From Scyliorhinus canicula (lineage: Eukaryota): 64,000 bases of DNA. The notes below the pieces were generated by a model. It saw only the letters and a program-made list of their open reading frames with translations, ran no database searches and had not been told where the DNA came from. The DNA lies in NCBI RefSeq assembly GCF_902713615.1, contig NC_052159.1:90868520-90932519 (forward strand), read 5' to 3'. Of the stretch, positions 12,026-23,625 are shown one piece after another; position 1 is the stretch's first letter, and every line of letters begins with the position of its first letter. Position numbers and translations under genes: made by a program.

Positions 12026-12514
12026 TCTCGGGTAACGTAGAATATCCTCTGTTATTGCAAAGTCTCTGGAAGTAATCTGGAGTTTTTTTGGTGGTGCTGT
12101 GATGTGTTCCTGGTTTTGGCAGGGAGTGCTGCTGCATCCTCGCAAGAGGATTCACTGACCTGCCCACAAGGGTTGCAGCAGGTAGTGGGGTTGTGGTTGC
12201 AGTTGCAGTGCCGATGGGTCATCAGTGCAGTAGGCAGGTAGAGCAAAGTCAACAGAGAGGAAAAGCTGTGCATGATATGATCTGCCAAGCTGGAGCCAAA
12301 GTCTCCACATTCCTTGACAGTGAAAGGTGATTCTCCGGAAGCCCCTCAGTATGTACCATTCTCAGCAGAGGATTCACTCACCTGCCCACACAAAGATTGC
12401 AGCAGGTAGTGGGGTTGCAGTTGCAGCGCCGCTGGGTCATCAGTACAATAGCGGTGACTAACTTGCTCGCCGAGCCGCCGGGAAACTCCCAGCAAAACCC
12501 GCCACAAATGTCAC

Positions 12515-12710
12515 TTAGGGGGGGATTTTCTGCACAACCCGCCACGTGATTTTTGGCGCCAGAGGCGCCAGTGTGATCTTCTCCTCCCGCCATTGTCAAC
12601 GGGATTTTCCATCGAATGCACCCCACATCGCTGGGAAACCCGAGGCGGGTTGCGCCGTCGGTGGGACCGAACGATCCCGCCGGTGTGAACAGCCGGTAAA
12701 TTCTGTCCAT
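12515..12710. mobile_element. Short Harbinger-type MITE
   Basis: ggattttc... / ...gtaaattctgtcc termini. Internal sequence (gctgggaaaccc..ggcgggttgcgc) is shared with 15132-15303. Confidence 0.6.
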
Positions 12711-13221
12711 AGAAAGGTTTCTGTTAGATTACACTCCATAACTTTGAAACCCTTCTCAGTTGAAAAATAAGTCCTAGGGTAGCAACATATATATTTAAGT
12801 CAATGGTATGTAGTATCCTGTGATTTTCAATGCATGTTTATGATTGGTATTCCTTATGGAACATCTTTGAGTTTGTACAACTGCTCTCAACAAAGATTAA
12901 CAAAATAAAGTCAGCACATCTGATTGTTGCTTTCCAACGTTTCTCAACTGAGAAGCTCCATTTGTAAAACCAACCCTACTATGCAACAGTAAGAAAAATA
13001 CTGTGTTTTTATTTCACAGTGATCTTAATTACAGTTATGTAACAGAAATGGTCAAAATGCAGAATGTTTATTCAGCTGCTGTTTTGCAAGATTCTTACAA
13101 TTGCCTTTTCAGTTCTTGGAGTTGTGCACCAAATAAATGTCAACAAATTGATATAAAACAGCTAACTAACTTTGCACTGCTTTCTGCTGCTCCTTTTCCT
13201 ACCTTGTCCTTTTCTTACAAG

Positions 13222-13281
13222 CTTCAATAGTGACTGTTATACGGCTGGTTAATGATGCAGTTGACACAATTGAGAATGAAG
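13222..13281 (+). CDS. FAT3: FAT3-like cassette exon, 60 nt (20 aa)
   Basis: Long polypyrimidine tract plus aAG (13220-21), ctaactaac branch/QKI motif at 13162-13170, donor GTattt at 13282. Encodes (A)SIVTVIRLVNDAVDTIENE, close to vertebrate FAT3 ASIVTVIQLVNNVVDTIENE. Frame-preserving. Confidence 0.92.
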
Positions 13282-13491
13282 GTATTTAACTTGCTACTTG
13301 CTCTCCTCTTCTTAAGAGAATATGACGTTTGGCATGATACAGTCAAACCGTTTAACTCATGTTGAAAAACATTCCATGTTTCTTAATGTAAATCATAATC
13401 TAAACCCCAAAAAAACTAACATTAGTTGAAATGCCAACTGCAATATAAGTTCATTCGTGTATTTTGTTGATCTGAAGTAATCTAAAATTTA

Positions 13492-13830
13492 TCATAGAAT
13501 CTCTACAGTGCAGAAGGAGGCCATTTGGCCCAACAAGTCTGCACCGACCCTTTGAATGTGCAGTCCACCCACGACCACCTCTCTCTATCCCCATAACTCC
13601 GTAACCTAACCTGCACATCCTTGAACACTAAGGGGCAATTTGGCATGGCTAATCCACCTAACCTGAACATCTTTGGATGTGGTAGGAAACCAGAGCACCC
13701 GGAGGAAATCCACGCAGACACTGGGAGAATGTACAAACTCCATACAGACAGTGACCCAAGGCTGGATTTGAATCCGGGTCCCTGGCACTGTGAGGCAGCA
13801 GTGTTAACCACTGAGCCACTGTGCAGCCCC
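13492..13830 (-). mobile_element. HE1 SINE
   Basis: Reverse head, V-domain and CR1 tail. Confidence 0.88.
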
Positions 13831-13959
13831 CATTCTATTCTAAAGAATGAACAAAAGTTTCTTGAGTTTTGGTGGTCTCGAAATTATAATGTTTAGTGTG
13901 AGCATAAGTATTGAGAAGATCGAGGCCATTCATTGGGAAGATCAGTCCCAGCCACAAAC

Positions 13960-14725
13960 TCTATTCACTAGCATTTCGTCTCCATCTCCCTCCCTCGCAA
14001 CGAACTGAGACTGAACCTGTCTGTTTATAGTCTTGAGCTGAGCTACCAACCCCATATCCTCAACATCACTAAAACTGTTTACTTTCATGTCCATATCATT
14101 GCCCATATTTCTGTCCCTGCCGAAATCCATCCACTGTTGAAACCCAAATCCATGATATTGTTTTCTCTAAATGCAACATTTTCCAGTGCTCTCCTGGCTG
14201 CTGTCCCTCCTTCTTCCTTCGATAAACTTTACCTCATCTAAAACTGTGCTGTCCATATGGAAATGTGCACCAAGTCCCATTCACCCATTACCCCTGCATT
14301 TGTTGACTTTGCTATTTAGTAGTGTCCCGATTTAAAAATTTCCATCGCTGCTTTCAAGTCTGTCCTTGGCCTTTTCTCTCCTAATCTCTGGAACCTTTTT
14401 GAGCCCCACAACCCTCTGTAAGAGCTTTGAGCTCTTTCAAATAAGACCTATTTTGAACATCCCAGTTTTATTAGCTTCAGCATTGGCAGCCACCTTTCCA
14501 TTGCTTTGATATCAAGCCCTTGTGTTCTCTCAGTAAATTTCTCCACCTCTCTGCTTCTCTACCCTCCTTTATGGCACTCTTAAAAACAATCACTTTGACC
14601 GAGTTTTGGGATACCTGTTCCAACACCTCCTTATGTGGCTTAATGGCAAATTTTGTTTGCAAGCAATCTTGTAAAGTACTTTGGAATGATTTACAATGAT
14701 GTTATATAAATGCAAGTTTTTGTTG
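13960..14725 (+). mobile_element. L2 LINE 3' fragment
   Basis: cccattcacccattacccctg, aaaacaatcactttgacc and terminal gttatataaatgcaagtt. Confidence 0.7.
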
Positions 14726-15131
14726 ATGATTTCATGTAAGATTGTTTTGGCCACTATTTCTCTGGCCCATTTATTATTGCCTCTATAATTTTATATGAAA
14801 AGATCTGGTGTTTATATTCTAATTTCAGTTGTTTCAGGGCTTTTCATAGAATGCATAGTACAAATGGTGGAGACCATTCAGCTCATCAGCTATCCAATTA
14901 GTTATATTTCCCTGCTCTTTCCTTTATATTTTTATTTTACTGTTGTAGTATTATTGAACATTACTGATTTCATCATTAAAGAAACTTTAAAAAGAATCTG
15001 GTGATATGCAATTATATTTTTTCCTAATTTATGCATATTGATCATAAATACTGCCTTAGATTAGCAGCAATAATTTCAGATAATTTAACTGCATTGAGGA
15101 TTTAAAACAATTGCTTTTGAAAAATCTTCTT

Positions 15132-15303
15132 TGGGCTGGATTCTCCGGTTTCCCAGCCATGTGTTTCTTGGCAGCGTGCTGTTTGCTGATGGTGGATGGG
15201 CTTGTCAATGGGCTTTTTCATTGCTGCCATCCCATGCTGCTGGGAAACCCACTGGCGGGTTGCGCTGCCGGTGGGAAGAGAGACTACCGGAGAATTCTAG
15301 CCA
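15132..15303. mobile_element. Short Harbinger-type MITE (about 170 bp)
   Basis: TIRs tgggctggattctccgg and ccggagaattctagcca. Confidence 0.7.
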
Positions 15304-16944
15304 ACTGTGTCTTTGCTTATATGCATCTTTAAAGCTTTTCAAAAATGTTTCACTTAGTTTGAACATTAGAGATATCTGGCATAATTGTCAGATATATCTC
15401 CCCCAAACATTTCATTTTTCTACATCCATCACACTAAAGACACATCGGAGGCACCTGCCATTGAGGCAAGTTAGAAAGTCTGGCATTGAGGTCTGGGTAG
15501 GGGAGATTGGTAGTCAGAAACAAAGTTCAACTACCCCTTATTAAGGAACCTTTTTTTTTAATGATCCTGTCTCCACATCAGCATGTTAGCTGATGCACCT
15601 AGTCTCATCGGGTATTCTTGTACTGACCATGCACAGAGTCCTAATGACGGCCTGGAAATCGGAATAACAATGGGAATCCACATTCTTCACCACCTATACA
15701 TCAAATGCCATGTTTGAGGTGGGCCAAGGCACAGCTCTGAAAGACCATGCCACTTGGTACTTGACCAGGACCTTATCTAGGTCTAGTTTTCAGTCATTTC
15801 AGCATATTCCTTCTCAAGTCGCAGCAGGACTTTGCTGTTATAGACTCTAGTTTTCATGGTCATGGTATTAAAATGAAAAATCCCAGAAATAGGTTTTCTG
15901 AGACAATTTTATAACCTGATAAATATTCTTAGATGAGAAAAGAAATCAAAGGGAATTAAGAAAAACTACAGCAAGCTCTGATGCATTAGAATTCTGTTTC
16001 TATGAAAGATTTAATCGGATATAGTCTGCATATCATTACAGAGAGATAACTGAAGGGATACTTATTACATGATACATTTTTAAGATGTACAAAAGAGGTT
16101 AACCTATAGTGGTCAAACCTGAGTGAAATAAAATATTGTATAATATTCCTGACAGTATTAGTTTGAAATGAAGTTTCAAGCTGATACCCAGAACAATTTA
16201 GTAACATCCTTCCTTCATTCTCACATAATAATGTGGAAATCTGTCTGTTTAATAGTTTAGGGTGATCAGTGGTGTTTCAGCTAAATCATTCTCCAAACAA
16301 ATTATGCACCTGAAAATCATGGTGTGGCATCACTTTTAAAAACCGAAAATTCATTTCTGATTCCTTTAATCCACCAAATTTGATTAAACAAAGTCAAAAC
16401 AAATTACAGTTTATCCTTGAAGAGAAAGAAGCATCAATCAAATAAGATGCTCAAAAAATGAGAAATCGTAATGTATGTTAGAAAGCATTTGTGATGAAAC
16501 TCATGTCAGACTGTTAGTGCAGATGCAGCAAGATAGTATCCTTCATTTGTTCAAAATCCTATCAATTGATCAATTGGAATACTGGTTTGTGATGATGCAC
16601 AGTTCATTATTGCTTCATCTGGTGAAAATATTATTGACTTATTGATATGAATCAATAAATTTTGTACTTTATACAAAGTGCAATTTTGTATTAAATATTT
16701 TTATACTTCGGTAGATTTAGATTAAAAAATGACAATTGCAGACCAAATTTGTAATGGATTCGCAATTTAACTTTTAATTTAAGAGGAATACGGACACTGT
16801 ACATTTTGCTGCTAAATGTATGATTAATGTTTATATTGTGCTGTGTTTTAAAGCTACTGCTGTGTCTATACATTCTATTTAACTTATATACTTGAGGATT
16901 GTTTTTAACTGAACACTCACTTTGTTTCGCTTTCCACTTGACAG

Positions 16945-16980
16945 TGTCCCTTATGGAGGAGGGGCAGAACTACAACAGAG
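16945..16980 (+). CDS. FAT3: FAT3-like cassette exon, 36 nt (12 aa)
   Basis: Acceptor ttgacAG ends at 16944 and donor GTgact starts at 16981. Encodes (V)SLMEEGQNYNR, like FAT3 VSVMDQGQNYNR. Phase 1-1. Confidence 0.92.
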
Positions 16981-17088
16981 GTGACTCCTAGCCACTTCCA
17001 ATCTGCTTGTTAATGCTACCCCAAGATCTTTTATTTTAAAGTAGCAATTTGCCTCACTTGTTTTTGGGACTCCATTCCACATTGTGTA

Positions 17089-17525
17089 TGCATGCAGCAA
17101 GAACTCTGAAGGTTATGGTAATTTCTAGCAGAGCAGGCTATAAAGTAATCTGCAAGGGCATGGATTTACTTTTGAATACAATGTTGCTTATGTTGATTCT
17201 GAGGCTGAACTCATTTTGTTCGAATAATGAATTTCAAACTTAATAATTCATTTAAATCGGTGGGAAGCTGTTTGAACACAAAGTGGTGACCTTAATATTA
17301 ACAGACTTTTTCTTAATTACGTAGTTAACCATCAGTTATCACAGTGCTCATTAGAAAAGAATAACTGCATTGTTTAACTGAAAGGCATCATTCAACAATT
17401 TGCTTGTTCAGCTTTATTTTATCAATATGCAACTTTTACAACAAGAAGTGACTGGCTTTCAAAATGCATGCTGATTTTTGTTTGGCCTTTGCATGGATTT
17501 GACATCCTACTTCATTCTAAGCATG
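17089..17525 (+). promoter_or_regulatory. RBFOX-type (T)GCATG intronic cluster downstream of the 36-nt exon
   Basis: TGCATG at 17089, 17465 and 17490, and GCATG at 17521. Confidence 0.65.
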
Positions 17526-17939
17526 CTGTTTTGTCAGTGAATGTCATGTATAAAGTTGCAAATCTATGTGTGGTTCTGAATTTAAAAAAATAAGATCTCA
17601 TACATCCATTATTTGATGGACAATAAATCATGTTCCACTACAAGTCAAGCACCCTTTTTTAATAATTTATTTGTGTACTTTTTAAAATTTAAATCCCTTG
17701 CAGTGTATTCAATGGCTACAGGACTTGCATTCATTGAACATATTTCAATTGAAATTTTACTTGAAAAAAAACAGAAATGTTGTGATGCAGAAGCATCCTT
17801 TTAATACCAAAAGGTACGACTAGCTGGTCATTCAAAAGCATTATATGTGCCAATTAGATAATTAGATCTCTGATTAATAATGTGCATAGTTTAATTGAAC
17901 TTACAAATGTTCCAGTTTAAGTACAAGAAGTGGAAGTGA

Positions 17940-18005
17940 GGGCCTAAGTGGGTCGGTGCAGACTCGATGGGCCGAATGGCCTCCTTCTGCACTGTATGTT
18001 CTATT
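17940..18005 (+). mobile_element. HE1 SINE tail fragment just upstream of the terminal exon acceptor
   Basis: gcagactcgatgggccgaatggcctccttctgcactgtatgttcta. Confidence 0.8.
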
Positions 18006-18056
18006 CTCAAGCGTAATAACAAATATACAAAATAACTGTAGCTTGTGTTTTTGCAG

Positions 18057-18676
18057 CATATCATTGGGATACCTCGGACTGGATGCCAAGCACTCGACTA
18101 CCGAACATTGAAGAAATGCCACATTATGAAGCAGCTGATACTGCCCCTGCACATCATGAGAATACAAGATCACTAGATGCTGACTACTACCTCGGTGGAT
18201 ATGACATAGACAATGACTTCCCACCCCCTCAAGATGAGGAATTTCTGGGCCAGGACCAACTTCCTCCTCCCCTGCCAGAGGATTACCAGGATCAATATGA
18301 GATTATCCAACCACCCCCGACAACATCTGCTTTGAACAATTTAAACTCCAGTGGCCGAAGAAGACCACACTTCCATCCCAGCCAATACCTTCCACCTCAC
18401 CAGTTGCCAACAGAAGGAGAGGTTGTTGGTGTCCAGGGTGCGACAGACTATGGTGTATTTCCTGCAGGTTCTAACCAAGACTTGGAGAAAGTGGTTAATG
18501 ACAATATATCAATGCCAATGCTCACATCAACAAATGCATCGTCTTCAGATATGTCAATGAGCTGTGGTTTTGATGACTCTGAAGTAGTGATGAGTGACTA
18601 TGAGAGTGGTGATGAGCTTAATTTTGATAATATTCATATCTCTTTTGTAGAATCTCAATATCAGACACAAGTGTGA
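18057..18676 (+). CDS. FAT3: FAT3-like terminal coding exon
   Basis: Acceptor ttttgcAG ends at 18056. Encodes (A)YHWDTSDWMPSTRLPNIEE...YYLGGYDIDNDFPPP...LPPPLPED...FHPSQYLPPH...SDYES...QYQTQV then TGA. EVH1-type proline motifs and the C-terminal TQV fit FAT3 (FAT1 ends HTEV). The ORF-track Met at 18083 is internal. Confidence 0.95.
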
Positions 18677-19015
18677 TTACTGCTATATGGGCCACTTCCG
18701 AACTAACAATGCAGAGGCACTGGGAATAAAGTGATGAGTGACAAGAAGTTGAAGCACTTTCCACTGTGTGTTTACATCTACAAGGACTGATGGACAAAGT
18801 AAATTAGAATGAGTTATTTTCTGCTAATTGGGTACTAATTTCATGATAAAATACCCACAATTGACTCCTTCTAATATGTCTACAAGTACGAGATTCTTTT
18901 TAATAAATGAAGCCAATTCATGATAATCATGATATGGTTCCGAGCTGAGTCACCATTGGAGCTGAAAGCGCAGAAAAATATTAAATTTGTTATGACTGAT
19001 GAAATTCTAAAGTGC

Positions 19016-19083
19016 TGTCCTGTGGAAACTCATTTGATACTGTAGGATTTGTCCTGTGGAAACTCATTTGATACTGTAGGATT
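19016..19083. repeat. Perfect 34-bp tandem duplication in the 3' UTR
   Basis: tgtcctgtggaaactcatttgatactgtaggatt occurs twice (19016-19049 and 19050-19083). Confidence 0.95.
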
Positions 19084-19692
19084 AAGTGTTCTGATTCTAA
19101 TAAATACTAATCAAACAGTCACAGTCTATGTAGGTGATTCCTAAATGTAATGCCTAAAAGATAAAATAACTAATGGCACTTTCTTGAAATAACATGAATT
19201 GAATCACTGGACAGCCAACTGTCTGTATATTGCTACAGTCCAGGAACAGACTGATAAGGCATTAGTTGTCACTGTAGACAGTTCTTCGGGAGAAAGGCAG
19301 GCAGTACTTATTTAGGAATCCACCTCTCGTTGTTTAATTTTATCTGTTTACTTTCTTATCGGTTACAGTATCAATCATGGAATGTATATTTGTGCACTTC
19401 TGAAGTAATTAACTGACTGCAATGCAGTGCAGTCGAAGCTACCAATAAAAAAGAATCTACCTAAAATACCTAAGAAAAATGAAACTTCCGCCTCTTCTCC
19501 ACTTTAACAAATGACCTAATTGCCATAGCATTTTTATCATGTCTTATTCCTGTATCAAAGCACATAGTATTTAATGTGAGATAACAATCTGCTGCAGAAC
19601 ACTTGTAAGTACAGTGGGGCTAGCTTATTTCAATGTTAAAACAGGTTTGAAGGAGCATGGGAACTTTTATCCCAAACTCATAAGTGAAGTCG

Positions 19693-20075
19693 AGGGAGAC
19701 GGTGGCAGAATGGTAGTGTCATCGGACTAGTCATCCAGGCTAATGCTCTGGGGCACAGGTTCAAATCATGCCATAGCTACTGGTAGAGCTTAAATGCAAT
19801 TAATAAAATCTGGAATTGAAAGCGGTAATAGTGACCATGAAACCACCATCGAATGTTGCAAAAACCCATTTCAACCATGATAGAATGACAGAGCAGACTC
19901 GATGGGCCGAATAGCTTAATTCTGTTCCTATATCTTATTTGGTTCTCCATTGTCCTTTAGGGAAGGAAGTCTGTCATCCTTACCTCATTATTATCTGATC
20001 TGAAATGGCATTAAGTTCTAGGGCAGTTAGGGCAACAGATCCTGGCCTTGCCAACGATGCCCCATGAAATAATAA
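19693..20075 (+). mobile_element. Second shark tRNA-derived SINE family in the 3' UTR, with a nested CR1/HE1 tail fragment
   Basis: Head ggtggcagaatggtagtgtc...ggttcaaat, body tgtcctttagggaaggaa, and nested gcagactcgatgggccgaa at about 19880-19938. Confidence 0.7.
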
Positions 20076-21837
20076 ATATATATAAAAAAGAAATAAAAAT
20101 TGCACTGCAGACTGGAACTGAATATATTTGGAATAAATATGCATTTTTATTGATCCAAGGTGCCATTTGACAAGCTCATGTGTTTTGACAATGAGGAAAG
20201 TACAATATGAGGTGCATTTGTTTACTAAGAAAAACTTGTAAGAAATCCTTTGTAATTAAACGTAAGTCACTTTCATCCCTTGAATTTATGCATGATTACA
20301 GGTTAATACAGTATTCCACCCTCACAGGTAAAATCTGCTGTATTTTGTTGACAGATGTAGCCACACAATTTTCTTGAGTTTTCCTGAAAATTAAGTCGGC
20401 TACAATGCTACACTTTCAAAGTCTTGTAATTGGAAATAAAAGTTTCCGATTGTATAACATTTCAAACCTCGACTTTGTTAGGCCAGAATTCAGGCAGTTC
20501 AAAGTGAAAATCATTTTTTGAAATTTCTCAACAGTTCGCAATTGAAATACATATTCAAAAGAATTCCATTCCTTTTGTGAATTATTTTAATTAGGCAACA
20601 GCAAAGCTTGTTTTTCTATTTAATAATTGATTCAGTTATGCTTTGGCCTGGCATGGTGGAAGATAATTCCCCATAAAGTATTGTCTATAGTAATACAGTA
20701 TTACTAGTTTAATTAAAGTATACTTATAAATGCAGTGAAAATAATTTTCACATAGATTTACAGCAACTTGGATTCTGACCTAGCCCAAGTCATATAGGCT
20801 GTAAGTCATCTCTTGCTGTTGAATGTTGGGAGATATCGAGTGAAATATGTTTGGTCTGATTCAATTTCTACAAAATGAATTTTCAACATAAACCTGCTAT
20901 ATCACAATTCATAACTTAATAAAATGAGAAAATTATATTTTTTCATGCATCTTTAAAGTTTTTCCAAGTATTCAAAAAGTTACAGTGTCACTGATATTCC
21001 AATGATAACATTACATCTGGACTGTTATTTGTTCATTTGAATGTAAATTATCTTAAATAGCTGTGAGTCTATGGCACCGCGTTTTAGAAAATTGTGAAAT
21101 TTGATATGCCTATAGATTTCTAAGCTTTTTGTAGTATCGTATTAAACTGTCGTCCTGTTGTGTATTATTTTTACCTGCTATTAACAGGCTTTGTAAAGAT
21201 GTAAGTTTGTGTGTTTAAGAGGTTTGTACAAAGTGTACATAGATATAGAATGAGTTGTTTAAATTTTGCAAGCATTTGTAGATATTTACTGTGTTCTGGG
21301 ATGCCTTGAATTTCTCTGCTGATAAAGATGAAATATCAATCCAAAAGCGAAGCTGGTTAGTATTGATGGACTATTTCTAAAGAAGAAAAATATTAAATTG
21401 TTCAACAATATCCATTCTGTTCATTTTGATAATCCAAATACTACTTTTATTGTTGCTGAAGCTTTATCAGTATGGTGAAGTCCGAATGGATGTCTAATGC
21501 TTCATTATCTAATGAGTGAATTCAGCAAGCCTAGCTTCTCACGAATTTTGTGGTCACACAGGGCAATATGCTGAAGGGTTGTGTTTTTGAATAGTTACTG
21601 TGAATGTGCCAAGTCATTGACAAAAGATGGCTAAATAGTGCAAAAAGATAAGATTGTTTTTTTAAATGTTAATAAAGGGAAACCAGATGTCAGCAGAACT
21701 TGATCTGTTTCAATGATCAACTGTGTAATTGGTGTTGTTGGCAGTATTAAAAACTGTAGGATTTTATGATGACTCAATTGTTGCCCATTGTACAAATTGA
21801 TTTTTAACTGCCATCACATTTCTTAAGTTGATGTAAC

Positions 21838-21843
21838 AATAAA
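21838..21843 (+). terminator. Candidate distal polyadenylation signal
   Basis: AATAAA preceded by ttgtaca/tgtaac and followed by gtatgtttttaatt. Alternative AATAAA sites lie at 18725 and 21671. Confidence 0.55.
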
Positions 21844-23399
21844 GTATGTTTTTAATTAGTTAATTTGGAGTCTTCCACAAAATATGTGCCCTTATCTGGA
21901 ACTCATGTTGCATAACATGTACAGCACAAACTTTTCATTGAATATGTCTTTGCATTGTTTAACTTCGAGATTTTGTTTTTTTGGGTGGGTGGGGAAGGAC
22001 AGGTGGGAGGTAACCTTCAGTCCACATAAGAGACTGTCACAGCGAGAAGTCAATCATGAGGAAGGCACACTTTTCTCCTTTGGAACTAAGTATAATCTTG
22101 AACTTAACCTCAGGTGAGTACACTTAGAAATTGGGAATCTTCTAACTGGTGGGATTAGCATCAGGAGAAGAAGCTAAGTGCCCTTTGTCCTGTTCTTGCA
22201 TTGACACGAGTGTACCAAACATACTGGGATGCAAGCCATCTGAAACAGGTGACATCCACTCTATTTCCAGTGCCTCCTGCCAATCAATTTTCACCCCATC
22301 CATCACCTTTACAATCTCCATTGCTGCAGATATTTTGCCAGATTCCTCTTAGTAAACATCAATACAAAGGACTCATTGGCCACAATTTTACATTCCTCCT
22401 CCGCAACCCCCCCACCCCCCACCCCCCTCCCCGACCCCTGAGGCAGGAGGAGTGTAAAATTGCAAAACGGAATTTCCAACAGAATCCTGCCTGCCCTCTA
22501 ATCATCACGATTTTATGCTGGAGTGAACAGGACCTCAGAGGGAAAGTCCGCCCTTTTCCCAATGCCTGTCAAATGCTCCTTACCCTTGGGTTGCCTGGTT
22601 CCAAACTGACTTAAGTACTTCTACTTTTCTGTGTGGGTTCCTGGTTGATAAGAAACAACCTAGTTTGTTTTTATACCCTGTGTTTGTTTTAATGTTGTAA
22701 AACGTCATTACAATACAGGCATCTAAACTAGCCTACAGACTCGCAACCATCTTTTTTCATTGAGCTAAAACTAAAGTTTTAACCCTTGAGCATACAAATA
22801 CAGAAACACTAATTAAACTTAAAGCTATACCTTATTTTTACTACCCACAATGTAAATATAAATTGCTTAAACTATCTCTATTTCCTAACACTAGTGCTGG
22901 ATAAATCAAATGTTCCTCCCTTTAATATTGGGAAAACCAAAGCTACTGGGTCAGGTTGTTCTCAAGGGGGTCATCTCATGGTTTGCCTTCTGAGTTTGAC
23001 TTTTTTGCCTATCCTTCAGCTCACATGTTTTTCCCTGTATCTTTCTGTGAGAGCCAGTTGATGACAGTGCAGCAAGGGTAACAGGGCATATGGACCTTGG
23101 TGAACAGCGAGACAAACAACCAAACTTAACCAATGAGGCTAAAGGATTTATAAATAAACAGGAGGCATGGCAAATAACATAGGGCAAATTGAGCAAACTT
23201 AGGTACATAACGAATAATAAAGAGAGGGAAAGATTGGATGGAGACAGGAAATAATAAAGGAATGGCAAGATAAAATTAATAATTAAAAATTCTCCAACAA
23301 TGATTTACCAATAAGCAAGCCAAGCCTGAACGTCATCCAGGTCTTGCTGCATTTAGAAATGGGCTGCTTCAGTATCTAGAGGAGTTACGAATGGTACTG

Positions 23400-23625
23400 A
23401 ACATTGTGTAACCATCAGCAAACATCGGCACTCCCCAATCAACATCAGAAAATCAGATTATCTGGTCATAATTCATTACTGTTTGTGGGAATTTATTATG
23501 TGCATATTGGCTGCCTTGTAACCTACATTACAACACAAATTAAATGTCAAAAGTTCTTTATTGACTGTAAAATGTTTTGAAATATCCAATGGCCATAAAA
23601 ATCATTATAAAGTTGTGGGTCTTCT
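23400..23625 (+). mobile_element. Deu-domain SINE (SacSINE1/AmnSINE1-like) fragment
   Basis: cagattatctggtcat...ctgtttgtggga...attggctgcc...acattacaaca...tttattgactgtaaa resembles the Deu-domain and its L2-type tail. Confidence 0.7.

Larger units (their letters stand above)
18677..21865 (+). other. Probable FAT3-like 3' UTR (about 3.2 kb)
   Basis: AT-rich and nearly TE-free after the stop. Pumilio-type TGTACATA at 21234-21241. AATAAA at 21838-21843 with upstream TGTA and a downstream T-rich tract. The end point is inferred. Confidence 0.6.

Noticed and set aside
11767-12167. Phe/Pro-rich and Lys/Glu-rich ORFs
   Set aside because: They are translations of a 24-bp minisatellite.
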